Assembly (NCBI GenBank): GCA_951406725.2 | Contig: OX597822.1 | Span: forward strand, 44,950,001 to 45,014,000 | DNA length: 64,000 nucleotides | Origin: Octopus vulgaris | Lineage: Eukaryota | Direction: 5' to 3' | Part shown: positions 26,727-40,670 of the stretch, piece by piece | Position numbering within the stretch: the stretch's first letter is position 1 | How the letters are laid out: each line of letters begins with the position of its first letter | Translations under genes and position numbers: made by a program | The notes under the pieces: generated by a model | The model's database searches: none | The model's input: the letters and a program-made list of their open reading frames with translations, nothing else | What the model was told of the DNA's origin: nothing

Positions 26727-28867
26727 GTTTCTTTATTAGCCACACAGGGCTACACACAGATAGAACAAATTACAAGGTAGAGCTTTTCTTTTGGGGGTAA
26801 AAAAAAGAGAGTGGTGGTTTTCGATCAAAAGGGATCGTAAAAGGAAAGAAAAAGGACAAAAAAAAGGGAGGGGTTAAAAAAAAAGGGGGGGAGAGAAAAA
26901 AAAATGAATAATAGGGATCGTTATCACAGAAATGTCAATATGAAGTGTAAAGAGGAGGACAGGTGAGGTTTACCCGTGGAAAGAAAAGCCTACGGAAAAG
27001 ACCACGGTAACCTCGGTCAATGAAGTCACATGTTATATTTCTTTTTTTTTTTTTGCAAATAAGCAACTCTCTGTATTAATTTTTATGGTTCATAGAATCA
27101 TAGTCAAGGTGGCTTCGTCATTCATACGTGCCATCCTTGCTACATTCACCCATCTTTTTTTAAAACATTCACTAGACAAAACTTGCCTCTCTACTCTCAC
27201 TTTCCTCTTCAAGTGATACTTGAAGAAGTTGATGAGAGATTGACCAGAGAGGAAAGTGTTTGTCTCTAATACTTTCAGGCGCGTCCACCAAATACATTCT
27301 TTCGCCATAGCCACAAGTATGATAAAAATAGCTCTTCCTTCCCGTTTGAAGGAAGGAGGCGTGACGATATTAACGATAGACTCGGCTGATAAACCGACAC
27401 GTCCCACACGTGACAGCAGTCGTTCGACATAAGCCCACAGGTGGGAAATTGCTGGACACTGCACGATTGCGTGCAGAGCGGTTTCGTCGCTCTGCCCGCA
27501 TCTCGGGCAGGTCGGCCCCGTGTTTCTCGAGCCATGCCTATAGAGCTTATCCCGAACGGGTAGCGCTTCTCGGTAGCACCGCCAGGCCAGGGATCTCTGG
27601 AAGTTGTCCATAGGTCCCGGGCCGAAAGTCGTTTGAAACAGGCGGGTCAGGTATTCCTCGTCGACGCCCAGGTTTGCCCCGATCTCGTCGTCGTACCTCC
27701 CCTCCACTAATCCCTATAGAATGCTTGGGTTGTGTTGAAGTCACTCAAGGTCGACCCGGGACGGCAGAGTTGCTTGAGAGCAACGCGACACTCGCGGTGC
27801 CATTCGCCCTTCCTCGGCCTCTTTTTGATTCACGACTGTAGTTCGGTCATGGAGACGAGTTGCGGGAATGCGTGCCTCACAAACGGCGACCACACCTGTT
27901 CACCGTCGTCTACATAGAGCCGGAGATTTCGCAGTCTCAGCGCGTGTCTGCGCATCATCAACCACGGCATGCCCAGCCCTCCTTTTAACGGGTGTTTACA
28001 GCAAATGGATCGCCTGACCATCGGGACGCATCCTTTCCACAAGAAGCGGAAGAGGATGCGTTCTAGTTTGGTGATGGTAGGGTCGGGACAAGGTACGACG
28101 GTCAGGCGGTAGTAGATGATGGACGCGATGTACGCGTTCACCACCTCCGCCCGACCTTTTAGGGACAGTTTCCTCTCGGCCCATTGCTGGGCGAGAGTGA
28201 CCACTCTACTCGTTATCTCGTTCCAGTTCTTCTCCATTTGGAGGTCCGGACCGAACCAGACCCCGAGCAACTCAACCGGGCCGTCTGTCCAGCGTCCCAC
28301 GACGGAGGTACTGGTGGACGGCATGGGCTTGCTTCTCCAGGTGCCGAGCCGCAAGCCCACTGACTTTTCCCGGTTGATTTTTGCTCCTGTCACCGCTTCG
28401 TAGTCTTTCAGTGTCTCGCCGACCCGCTCGATGTGCTCGTGGCTTGACACTATGACGGTGACGTCGTCCGCGTATGCAGACACGCTCGTCCCGCATCCCA
28501 ATTCTCGCGGGATGCCCCTTAGAGTCGCCAGCTTCCGCAGTAGTGGCTCAAGAGTCAATACGTATAGAAGCGCCGAGAGGGGGCATCCCTGACGGACCGA
28601 ACGTGCAATGTCGAAAGGTCTCGATAGATGTCCATTTACGCGAATTACCGAACGGATGCCTCTGTACAAGGCAGCTATCCAGCCGCGGAAGACGGGACCG
28701 AAACCAGCCGCTCCCAGGACTGCCTCCAAGTATCGATGGTCTACCCTATCAAAGGCTTTCGATTGATCCAAGTTGATCAGGGCCCCACCCATGCCAGGTT
28801 CGTTAACTACCCTGTCTATGATGTAGCGCATCAGATGGAGGTTGTCATGGATGCTCCGGTCCGGCAC
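26727..28867 (-). mobile_element. 5'-truncated Tx1-clade (L1 group) LINE inserted in (GATA)n
   Basis: RT ORF, zf-RVT and a pyrimidine-rich 3'UTR; both junctions lie directly in TATC repeats. Confidence 0.92.
27090..28867 (-). pseudogene. Tx1 ORF2 fragment: reverse transcriptase and C-terminal zinc finger (one break near 27830-27710)
   Basis: RSIHDNL, LDQSKAFDRV, VRQGCPLS, YADDVT, KINREKS, LSLKGR, GGLG and CPRC...ETALHAIVQC. Confidence 0.92.
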
Positions 28868-28926
<59 letters not shown>

Positions 28927-28989
28927 GAGATGGCGAAAAGTCACCCGATAGTAAATCAAAATTCCATAAATACTTAATATTCAATTTTC

Positions 28990-29620
28990 TGCTAACTTTC
29001 CTGCTAGCTCACCGCCTTTAATATTCCAAGATTCTTTTCTACTCTATGCACATGGCCCGAAAATTCGGGTGGGGGCAGTCGATTACATCGACTTCAGTAC
29101 GCAACTGGTATTTAATTTATCGACCCCGAAAGGATGAAAGGCAAAGTCGACCTCGGCGGAATTTGAACTCAGAACGTAAAGACAGACGAAATACCTATTT
29201 CTGTACTACTCACAAGGGGCTAAACACAGAGGGGACGAACAAGGACAGACAAACGGATTAAGTCGATTATATCGACCCCAGTGCGTAACTGGTGCTTAGT
29301 TAATCGACCCCGAAAGGATGAAAGGCAAAGTCGACCTCGGCGGAATATGAACTCAGAACGCAGCGGCAGACGAAATACCTATTTCTTTTCTACCCACAAG
29401 GGGCTAATCACAGAGAGGACACACAAGGACAGACAAGGACAGACAAAGGAATTTAGTCAATTATATCGACCCCAGTGCGTAACTGGTACTTAATTTATCG
29501 ACCCCGAAATGATGAAAGGCAAAGTCGACCTCGGCGGAATTTGAACTCACAAAGTAACGGCAGACGAAATACGCATTTCGCCCGACGTGCTAGTGTTTCT
29601 GCCAGCTTGCCGCCTTTATC
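28990..29620 (-). mobile_element. Tandem SINE family B array, two units with a Tx1-like tail
   Basis: Repeated cores; tails at ~29196-29260 and ~29380-29455. Confidence 0.85.
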
Positions 29621-30195
29621 CTATGCCAAAATTGAGTAATCGTCTCGCTTATTTTCAACAGTAGATTGATGTCTTCGATGAAAATTTGACTGTTATTTCC
29701 AGTCTGTCATGTCAGTACATACACGTAAACAAAAATGGCGGAGAAATAACATTTAATGCAAGACGCAGCAATGCAAGTTTCCAGACGAGAATCAGACAAC
29801 AAGACATACATGAGATTGTAATTGACAGATGCATTAGACGGATGACGTCGGAGGTGTGCTATTTGCAGAGAGATTGGTTTTGGAAAACGTTTCGGGTGTC
29901 AATATATATTATCACTATTATAAACACCACAATTTGTTGCAGACGACACTCATGAAAAAGTAAATAATTCGTATGTGTGTGTGTGTGTTTGTGTGTGTGA
30001 GTGTGTGTGTGTTTGTGCGTGTGAGTGTGTGTGTGTTTGTGTGTGTGAGTGTGTGTGTGTGTGTGTGTGTGATGATTTTCACGTCACAAATAAATTTGTT
30101 TACGATTTTTCACAAGATTAGTTTTGAAACAATTTCACATGTTGTTGTTGTTGCTGATGATGATGATGATGAGGATGATGATGTTGCTGTTGTTT

Positions 30196-30227
<32 letters not shown>

Positions 30228-30344
30228 GATGTCATCGTGGCCTCCTCTGCCTTTGTCGGTATGTGATAGTAGTAGTAGTAGTGATATGGTGATTGTGGTG
30301 GTTGTGGTGGTGGCGTTTGTGATGCTGATATGCTGACGATGATG

Positions 30345-30423
30345 ATGTGTCTTTTACTATAGCCTCAGGCCGACCAAAGCCTTGTGAGTGAATTCAGTAG
30401 ACAGAAACTAAAAGATACTCGCC

Positions 30424-30497
<74 letters not shown>

Positions 30498-30507
30498 ATA
30501 TATGTAT

Positions 30508-30565
<58 letters not shown>

Positions 30566-30810
30566 TTATATATATATATATATACATATGTATGTATGTA
30601 TGTATATATACATGCATGCATACATATTTGTGCGTATATATATATATGTGTGTGTGTGTATATATATACATATATATATATCACCGTGGTCACCGTGAGG
30701 GATCAGGCTATCAGATGTTGCTACACATCGCTGGTCACAATGCACTTCACATTGTTTTGGCCTTCAAATGACGCCACCTCGCTGGCTTACCGAGCAGGCA
30801 TATTTATATG

Positions 30811-30902
<92 letters not shown>

Positions 30903-31145
30903 GTATGTCTGTATGTATGTGTGTATGCATGCTTGTATGTATTAGTGTGACTGTATTTGTTTCCCCACCATCACTTGACAACCGAAGTTGGTGTGTTTAC
31001 GTCCCCGTAATTTAACGGTTCGGCAAAAAAAACCGATAGAATAAGTACGAGGCGTACAAAGAATAAGTCTTTGATTCGATTTGTCCGACTAAAGGCAGTG
31101 CTCCAACATCGCCGCAGTCAAATGACTGAAACAAGTAAAAGAGTA
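30345..31145 (+). mobile_element. SINE family C with expanded internal microsatellite and an inner insertion
   Basis: 5' part ...GCCGACCAAAGCCTTGTGAG..., (TA)/(TG) core, and 3' part ...TGACTGAAACAAGTAAAAGAG. Confidence 0.75.
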
Positions 31146-31837
31146 AGAAACAAAGACTAAATAAATCTTCTGATATGTTTTGTGGTTATACTCTCCACTC
31201 TTGTGACAGGCACCTCGTGCACTCCCACTAGGAGCATTATCCTAAGAAGTAGCCCCTCGCTGTAGAGACATGCTCCGAATGTTCAAAGGAGATCTGACTT
31301 TTCGATCCTATTCTGAGCCTTATCTGGTCTGCTTTTCACTATAACAGCATCCAGACAACTTCCGCTTCTAAATATTACACACACAAACAAACAAATATCA
31401 CGCACACACACACACGCATACAAACATACATAGGTCTGCATTTATATATATATATATATATATATCAATTCTTAAAATTGATTTTAGTTTAGTCGAACAT
31501 TTTTATTGGCCGCCGAATGAAACTGCGCTTGCGCGGTGATTTTGAAAAGTTATACTATATAACGACGAGACACGTGCTTTCTATATTTAAGAGATGAGGA
31601 ATTATGTACATTATTTACATTATTTATATTATTATTATTGTTGCTGTTGTTGTTGTTGTTGTTGTTATTACTATTATTATCATTCAGGTCACTGCCTGGT
31701 TAGTAGCCCTCGCTCTTAACCACTACGCCATATGCTCGTGGGCATATGGCGTAGTGACCTGAATAATAATGATAATAATGATAATAATGATAATAATAAT
31801 AATAATAATAATAAAAAAATAATAATAATAATAATAA

Positions 31838-32301
31838 TTGTTTTGTCTTGGTATAAAAGATGGGCTACAGCAAATATTCTGCTCAATACCACAGATTTGC
31901 TTGTCAGTTGGGCATGTCCCTTAGTGGCTGACGATATGTGCATCTCTGATCACGAGCAAAAGTAGTGAGGGAGCATCATAGCCATGTGTTGAGAGGGATT
32001 CTTTGGGGTTTGAATAATTCACCTCTGGAAACATGGGTGGTTCTTTCAACATCCTTAAACAACCCTTATTCAGGGACCTTTTGAGCGGGATGGGCTACTC
32101 AAACTGAAGAAAATTTTAACTGGGCCCCACCTGCAAGGTCATGTGCTGTTTATCTTGATATGAGATCACCATGTCGCGCACATATGGTTGTGATGCATGT
32201 GCCTGGTGTACCCTTATCGGACGGGTAGTCATGATGGGTATACTGGGCTTCGTATATTTTACCCCAGTGTCACTTTGATGGCATGAACTGCTCTCTCACT
32301 C
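31838..32301 (+). mobile_element. (TAA)n-inserted retroelement 3' segment
   Basis: Reverse-complement match to 52784-53245; ends CTCTCTCACTC+(AAT)n; 5' end shorter than the other copy; AAT repeats on both flanks. Confidence 0.8.
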
Positions 32302-32313
32302 AATAATAATAAC

Positions 32314-32360
<47 letters not shown>

Positions 32361-32416
32361 CAACAACATCGAAAAATACTTTAGAAATGAGAACTCCAGG
32401 TTCAAAATATCCTCAA

Positions 32417-32462
32417 GACACCTGATGAAGGCTGGAGGGTATCTCACCCGAAACGTTGTGTT
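32417..32462 (+). ncRNA. Minimal type I hammerhead motif
   Basis: GACAC-CTGATGA-A-GGCTG gagggtatct CACCC-GAAA-CG-TT-GTGTT. Stem I GACAC/GTGTT; AACGTT palindrome replaces stem III. Confidence 0.75.
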
Positions 32463-32558
32463 AACAACAAACAAGATGAGGACAAATATACGTCAAATAT
32501 AATTAATATAAATAATGTACGTGTTATTTTGTCTCTAATTTATATGTTAATGTTTGGC

Positions 32559-32635
32559 GTACCCAGTGATGAGAACTTCGCCTTGCAAATTATATTATTT
32601 TCTAATATACGTTCGAAACCTAAGGTCCGGATGTA
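32559..32635 (+). ncRNA. Degenerate hammerhead motif
   Basis: GTGATGA-GAAC...GTTC-GAAA-CCTAAGG-TC-CGG. C3 is mutated and stem I is imperfect. Confidence 0.5.
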
Positions 32636-32777
32636 AAACATGGTAAATGTTTTATTTTTCATTCCCTTCGAAATTGCTCTTAATTTTGGTTTAGACTTTT
32701 GACTATTCCTTCTAGCATGTAAGGTGACCTGTTAAGGCTCACCTTTCTTTGTATTTAAATGTACAATAATTATATAC

Positions 32778-32835
<58 letters not shown>

Positions 32836-32922
32836 ATATACATATGTGTGTGTATATATATATGTATGTATAAATATGTATATATATATGTATATATATA
32901 TATATATGTATATACATACATA

Positions 32923-32962
<40 letters not shown>

Positions 32963-33376
32963 CGGCGGGCTTCTAGTTTTGGTCGACCCGAGGCTATAGT
33001 AGGACTGAACCCGAACAATGTGGTGAGAAACAAACTATTTACCACACAGCCAAGCCTGTACATATATGCATATATGCATGGCTAGAAGCTTTAGGCTTAA
33101 ACACCTAAAGGAGAATATTTATAGAAAAACATGTAAATAGATAGACAAGCGCACATATTGGTATCTTTCAGCTTTCACCCTTTGTTTCAGTCACTAGACT
33201 GCGGCCATCCTGGGGTACGGCACCGCTTTCGAGAAGTTTTAGTAGAATGAATCAAACCTACTGCCTAATTTTCTTTTATGCCGTGTACTGTTGCTGAACC
33301 GCGAAGTTGAGGAGAAGTAAACACACCAGTACCGGTTGTTAACCAGTGGTGGGGCGCATCAAGCATAAATACAATG

Positions 33377-33437
<61 letters not shown>

Positions 33438-33465
33438 TACATACATACAAGCACTTATATATGTG

Positions 33466-33529
<64 letters not shown>

Positions 33530-33774
33530 CACGTCAAAAAAGGACACGTCAAAAAAGAAACTGACCACACAAAATTCAAGAAGTCTTTGGACAAATTCCT
33601 TCAAACAGTACCGGACAAACCACCCACACCCGGATATGTCTCCGCAAACAATAACTCGCTGCTCGAATGGGCCTTGGTGCCCAAATCCTGAACTGAAAGA
33701 CTTCGCCAGGTGGTGCTATTAAGTTAGACATGGCCTGGGCCAATACTGGCTAAAACCTTTCTAAGTTATTCTAA

Positions 33775-33776
<2 letters not shown>
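33530..33776 (+). mobile_element. CR1-clade LINE 3' end
   Basis: FKKSLDKFLQTVPDKP...NNSLLEW C-terminal motif, short 3'UTR and a repeated TTCTAAG tail. Confidence 0.7.
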
Positions 33777-33810
<34 letters not shown>

Positions 33811-33812
<2 letters not shown>

Positions 33813-35469
33813 TAGCAGTATCGCCCGGCGTTGCTCGGGTTTGTTTCGACCCGCTGGAATTGTAATTTTGAAAAGTAAAAATTTTGTGAACATTTTTCTG
33901 GTCGAAATACACCGAAAAGTGGCGACACAGCAGTGAAAAAATCGTAAAAAATAGGGATTTTCATAGAAAAAAGCATCTTTTTGATGTAAATAATTTTTGG
34001 TGTTAACATGGTCCGATTTGAATTTTATGTTCTACGGAAGGAAGAGCAACCCTTCTTCTACCATACTCTCAATTTTGGTCAACTTGCGCCGCAGGGTCTC
34101 GGAGGAGATAGTGTTAGTTGAAGGTTACCATTCTAGGTGCCTGAGTAACAACCTCGAGGATTTACAGATAAATGAATTAATTACTATTTTACAGAATAAA
34201 ATTAAATAATTCTTGAAAATTAATTAATATTAATATTTTTTGAACAAAGTAAATAATTTTTAAAACTTAAATAATAATTTTTTTAACACAAACGCGAACG
34301 GGGAAAAGGGGGTGGCGAATTCGATTTACATACCTAATTTTTTCTTTTTCATGACATTGTAGCAAAATAGTAGTGAATTATATAAATACCAGCAGTACAT
34401 TTTTTTTTCTGGGGTATTTTTTTCAACCTCGTCACATATTTGCCCCTTTCAATTTAAACAATGTCTTAATTAAGCAATTACGGCAGCTTAGCAATGGTTT
34501 CAATACAGGCGTGACATCTGTATCTCAATTGTTCAAAACCCTTCGAATTTTTTCGCACGTGATGATATCATAGTGAAAACTTTCAATTACGCGCGCTTAG
34601 AAGTACGCTCGCAAATTAATACTACCAAAATTTTGAAGTTCGCGCTCCGCTTGTGTGTGTGTGTGTGCGTGCTTTAGGTGTACGTAGGTATGTGTTTTTG
34701 TGTGTGTGTGTCACTGAAGCCATACATACATATATACATACATAACCTCTCTCTCTCTTTTCTCTCTCAGTCACTCACTACAAAAAGTGAATAAAAAAAG
34801 TTCAGTTATTTCTGTCTTTCGCTCTGTCTGTCTCTTTACACACACTAACAAAAGCACTTCACTTACACACCACACTTTCTGTGTCGCACAACCCATCAAA
34901 CACACACACACACACACACTCACGCACGCACACATGTACATCAATGCTTTCGGAGTGAAATGTTAAAATATTGAGTTTTCTCGAATTTTGTCTTAATTGG
35001 GGTGAAATTGAAAGAAATATATTATGGCATGACCGAATGGAGTACTTTGAAAAATCTTAGGTAAACTCTAATTGAAGAAATTGTGTGAGGAGTAAATCGT
35101 TATGTATTTATTTGTTTCTGTTTGCTGTGTTTTTTTTATTTGTTGAGTAGTGGTTTAAATACTTTCAGTTTAGTCTTCCTCAAATCACTCTGTCGCTATT
35201 TACTTTCATTTTATTCGTTGCACACTGTGTGTGTGCGTGTGCGTGTGGTGTAAACCACATTAAGAAAAGCATTTGACATACACACCAGAATGTGAGTTTT
35301 CTGTAAATTTTGCTTAATTGGAGTTTAAATTTTAAAAACTGGACCTGGCATGACCCGATGCATTCTACTCTTAAAAATGCTAGGTAAATTGTAATTGAAG
35401 AAATCCTATATTGTAGATTTCTATAAGTTACAAAGGGAGGCAGATTAAATCTGCCTTTTATAATAAGAT
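33811..35469 (+). mobile_element. Non-autonomous Helitron-like element in (TA)n
   Basis: Starts ACTAGC with hairpin CCCGG..CTCGGG and ends GGCAGAT..ATCTGCC-TTTTATAATAAGAT; internal diverged direct repeat ~34965-35085 vs ~35288-35405. Confidence 0.65.
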
Positions 35470-35499
35470 ATATATATATATATGCTTGACTATAGGTCT

Positions 35500-35622
35500 T
35501 TTCATTCACTCTGTTTATTTGCTCGCATCGCTTCCTGTTGAAGAGCGTAGTCTCGAAACGTAAAACACTTTTTCATTATCCATGTTACCGAGCGTTAAAA
35601 TAATACACCTGTTTGTTGTTCA
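35500..35622 (+). mobile_element. CUGUNGA hammerhead family copy (motif 35531-35566)
   Basis: CTTC-CTGTTGA-A-GAGC gtag TCTC-GAAA-CG-TA-AAAC...CCGAGCGTTAAAATAATACA. Confidence 0.6.
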
Positions 35623-35787
35623 TATATATATAGACTTACATACGTACACACACATATATGTTTTTATATATATATATATATATATGTACATATATATATA
35701 TGTATATATATATGTATATATATATATAGATATAGATATATAGATATATATATATGTATGTATATATATATATGCATATATATATAA

Positions 35788-35854
<67 letters not shown>

Positions 35855-35860
35855 TGTATG

Positions 35861-35938
<78 letters not shown>

Positions 35939-36398
35939 AATAACACAAAGATTCAAGCACCATTATTACTGAAAGTAACGTTAATTTCCAAATCGCCTGA
36001 CACACTGGCTGCCAGTATCGCTTCTACCGTCAACATCCTCATCACCACCTGATCTGCACCACCATTACACGGTTTCATTTTCAACCCCCACCCAATCTCA
36101 TCCTCAGTGGGAAGATAGAAGTTGTTCATTCCGTCATTTCATCTCTTTGTCAGTCAATCAAAATGGGGTTAATTAGATGTAGTGACATGTCAAATGAAGC
36201 AGGAAGATAAATAGATGTATTGTGTGATGTGTTAACGCGAGGAGTAAGGTAAGATCATACTACGCATGCGTACACACATACACACTTAGGAAGAGTCTGA
36301 GTAGGAGGGAGACGGGAAAAAATAGACGGAGAGAAACTATGTATTATATATATATATACATGTATATATATATTTGTATATATATATGTATGTATATG

Positions 36399-36466
<68 letters not shown>

Positions 36467-36545
36467 GTTTGAAAAAGCGGGAATGTTTTTGTCCAAAAGA
36501 TCAAATAAACACATAGATTGATAGTTAGATAGATAGATAGATAGA

Positions 36546-36579
<34 letters not shown>

Positions 36580-36727
36580 CATAGATACATACATATATAC
36601 ATAGATACCTAGATTTAGAGAGAGAGAGAGAGATGGGCAGACCGATATATAAATGTGTGTGCGTATATTTATATATGCATGTATGTGTGTGTTTGTGTGT
36701 GAGTGTTAGCATGATCTGTATACACAC

Positions 36728-36758
<31 letters not shown>

Positions 36759-36816
36759 TGTGTGTGTTTGAAAAAGCGGGGATTTTTCAGTCCAAAAGAT
36801 CAAATAAACAGAGAGG

Positions 36817-36901
<85 letters not shown>

Positions 36902-36995
36902 TTAGAGAGAGAGAGAGGCAGACCGATATATGTGTGTGTATACAGTTAATACTGACACAATCACACACATACACACACGTACGCACATACATACA

Positions 36996-37051
<56 letters not shown>

Positions 37052-37080
37052 TGTGTGTGTGAGTATGAACTGTATACACA
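36467..37080. repeat. ~300 bp local tandem duplication
   Basis: GTTTGAAAAAGCGGG...GTCCAAAAGATCAAATAAACA...GGCAGACCGATATA begins at ~36467 and ~36766. Confidence 0.8.
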
Positions 37081-37225
37081 CACATACATGCATATATATA
37101 TATAGATATACATATATATAAACATGTATATTTATGTATATGTGCATATATTATAGATATATATATATACATACATATACACACATACATATATAATATA
37201 ATATAAATACATATATATGTATATG

Positions 37226-37280
<55 letters not shown>

Positions 37281-37723
37281 CTTTTGAAGTGGAATCTTTT
37301 TCATTATTATAAATGCTGTTTTAAGCTTTCTCTATTATTTCAGCAAATTCTTCACTTCGACCTTTCTCATTCTTCATTTGCCCCTAGAAAAAAATCTTCA
37401 ATTTTTTTTCTTATTCTTTATCTCCTACCACATCTAAATTTATATTTATTTCCTTGCGTTCTGTCTTATTAATAACCATTGTCTCTCGCCTTTTTTATGT
37501 TCCTTGTCAAGCCGTTTTTTCCTATCATTTTTTGCAACAGTATCAAGAACTTCTTACAATTTCTCATTGCTGCCAACCAATAACGCCGTATCATAAGCAT
37601 ACCTTATGGAAATTATGGTCATGCCATTGACTGTGAAAGCAAGTCTTCTGGGGACTGATCATATCAAAGAATAGGACGGGAAGCCCAAGCCTGCTTGATT
37701 GCTGGCTTGCAGTTGTATATATG

Positions 37724-37759
<36 letters not shown>

Positions 37760-37763
<4 letters not shown>

Positions 37764-38385
37764 CACAGCTGCATCCTCGTTACACGAGAAAAGCCATTGC
37801 CAAGAGGACTTACTAAAATGATTCATGATTGTTGCCATGTGATGCCTTTATAAGACTTTTAAGCCCGGTTAAGCTCTTACACATTTTTTTACATACTAGA
37901 CACCTGCGCTAGCTCACAGGAGAAACAGGTGCCACCATATACACTCCCTTAACATGTCTTTTTCGACCTCCAGCTGAGGGACACACCCTTCCACATTTTA
38001 CACATGTTCTGTTCTGTTATGAATTTTAATAACCATATCATTGTCTATCATGCGTCGATTTCTATGAGAATTTTGATGGCTCACCTGGCCTGCACGACTC
38101 TAACACCTCCGCCTACAAACCACACACATAAAAACACTCTCTCACTCTCCACAGGTCCCCCCCTTCTAAGCCCCCTCCTAATTCTCTCATACTTCACTCT
38201 CTCCCTCTCAAACTTTGAACAACCATCATGCACTATCTTCCTCCAACCATCATGGTCTTTTGCCACCCTCTCCCAATTACCAGCTGCAATTCCTGTCTGT
38301 ATTAGAACATTTTTAAGACAATCCTTAAACCTTAGTTTAGGCTTGTGCTCTAGACTACTGCCATCTTCCAGCTCACCATGAAACA
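37760..38385 (-). pseudogene. RTE-clade LINE 3' end with three C2H2-like motifs
   Basis: GELEDG...PKLRFKDCLK...WERVAKDHDGWRKIV...FE; then CVVCRRRC..AG..SH...H, CVKCGRVCPSAGGRKRH and CLVCKKMCKSLTGLKS. Confidence 0.8.
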
Positions 38386-39812
38386 ATACTTTGCTCAAGA
38401 ACACAACGCCCGATCCAGGAATTGAAACTGCAAGCTTATGATCATGAGTCCAAAACACACACACCACTAACCCACGCGCCTCCACTTAAATTCCATTAGT
38501 CTTATGTCCACCTGACCACGGCTGGTAGTACCTGTCTTGAGAATTTCACGTTGTTCCGGGCCACTCAGCTGGCAAGAATGAGTAATCTTGCGACGGACCG
38601 TCCATGTGTAGAATTTATACGCCAGGAAAATCGGGAAACTGGCTTTTTTGAGTCGGTATGACACGAAAAGGTCACTTTTCTTACTTAATGGAGTCTAAAT
38701 AGTGGCCTCATGCGCAAAAAGTTGGCTGCAGTTTAATGCTTTGTCCAGTACAAATCATAAGATTAAGCACCTCTGTATGCTAAATTTATGATTACGACGT
38801 AACTACATAAGACTGTTATAAGAAGATTAAAGATCTGTATGCGACCAGTATAAATCTCACAATAGGACATACATGTTGATTGATGTATTACAAAACGGTG
38901 ATATACTAAATCACTTGATCAACACATTGAATGATTCCCTCCATGACTTCAGGTAATGTAGAGCAGAATACATTGCTTAGGAATATGATAAGATGGTCAT
39001 AACTGGAACGCTTTGATCTAAGATATATTTTTAAAAATTTGACCGAGGGTTAAATAAGTACAACAGCAATATTTTAACTTTTATTTACAAATCAACAGAC
39101 AAGCTTTTTCCGTGGTCGCTCGATATGATAGAGACAGCAATATAATTACCTCACATCAAAGCCAACCCTCTTGATAATCGGAAGGACACTTTGAAGAAAG
39201 TAATACTAGATAATGTGAGATGTGAGATGATTAAAGCTAGAAAGCTTTTATAGAACTTGTCTGCTCGATCTGGGCTCAGTTGAGGATTAAGTAATGAATA
39301 CAACAACAGCAACAGCAGCAACACCGCAACAACAACAATTGATGGGTAACATGAGGCGAACATTTCACGCAAATAAATTATTCGAGCCCTTGACAAAGGA
39401 ACGCCATTAACTACATTTTCCCCCTCATGTGCATTTCTCTGATATTGTTTTCAGAAACGACAGCACGACAAACGGCTCGCTTTCTTAGCTGCGATTCCTG
39501 CAAATTCCCAGTTCTTCAGTTTTAACACTGCTTCTTTCCTCTAACTTTCAATTATCGCTCGTCAAAGAGAGCCAGAAATATACTACGGTCCCCATACACA
39601 CACATAACACATATTCACACACACACACACACACGCATACTCACATATACGGATACAATAGTATACAAAAAAATTCATATGTATATATATACATACACAC
39701 ACATGCCTGTATATGTTTATAAGTGTAAAGATATATATATATAACACGAAAAGATGTGTGCATGTGCGTGTGGGTATGTGTATGTATGTATGCATACATA
39801 TGTATATGTATG

Positions 39813-39929
<117 letters not shown>

Positions 39930-40338
39930 TATATTTATATGTGTGTGTGTGTGTGTGTATGTGGATATATATGTATGTATGTATATATATATATATGTAT
40001 GCATATATATATATGTATTTATATACACAAGCATAGATACTTACATCATATATCTTGTTAAAGGAATAATCTGTAGTTTTATTATGATATATAGAGCTGG
40101 CACTGAATACCAATATAGGATTATTTCTATTTCATATCGCCATTTATAACAGCTTCGGTTGTCGGTGGCCATTGGACAACCCAGCATCTAACAGACGAAC
40201 TTGACGTAAATATGAATTTATTTTAAATGCAGAGTGCTTAGCCTGTTGCTTTTGTTGCTGTTGTTTAGATACAGCTCAGTTCAAAGGTGTACCAGTCGTG
40301 ACCACCTCGACATTTATTCAACCATTTAAAAATCACGT

Positions 40339-40670
40339 TTATTACCTCTGCCTTTGCTAAGACAGAGATATTGTGTTTCAATTTGTATTTGTTTGTCCGT
40401 CGGTGGACAAGATATCTCAAGAACCGCTGGATGGATTCCAATAAAACTTTCAGGGATAATTGGCCTCGTGACTGGCACGAAGTGATTAGATTTTAGGATT
40501 GATTCGGTACTGGACAAAGATTCTGGATTGTTTTTCCTGTTTTATTTTACTTCATTTTTGGGAGCGGTTAGGTTCATTTTCAGTATTCTCATTTGTGAGA
40601 GCATTCGAGTTTATTTCAGATATTCTCATTTTAAAAATCATCTCTGGTTAATCGTTGATAGAACAATTAG
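40339..40670 (+). mobile_element. Helentron-associated (HINE-like) element
   Basis: TTTATTACCTCTGCC...CAGAG 5' inverted repeat, (TTTG) patch and AAGATATCTCAAG...GGATGGATT...AAACTTTC. Confidence 0.55.

Larger units (their letters stand above)
31579..32520. mobile_element. Head-to-head inverted pair of a tRNA-head / (AAT)n / hammerhead element
   Basis: Minus copy 31579-31735 and plus copy 31740-32520 share GCATATGGCGTAGTG, AGTGACCTGAAT, (AAT/AAC)n and AAATAATGTAC. Confidence 0.7.

Noticed and set aside
28868-28984. N-terminus of the 384-aa RT ORF as a real start or fusion
   Set aside because: It is read-through across (TATC)n upstream of the 5' truncation point.
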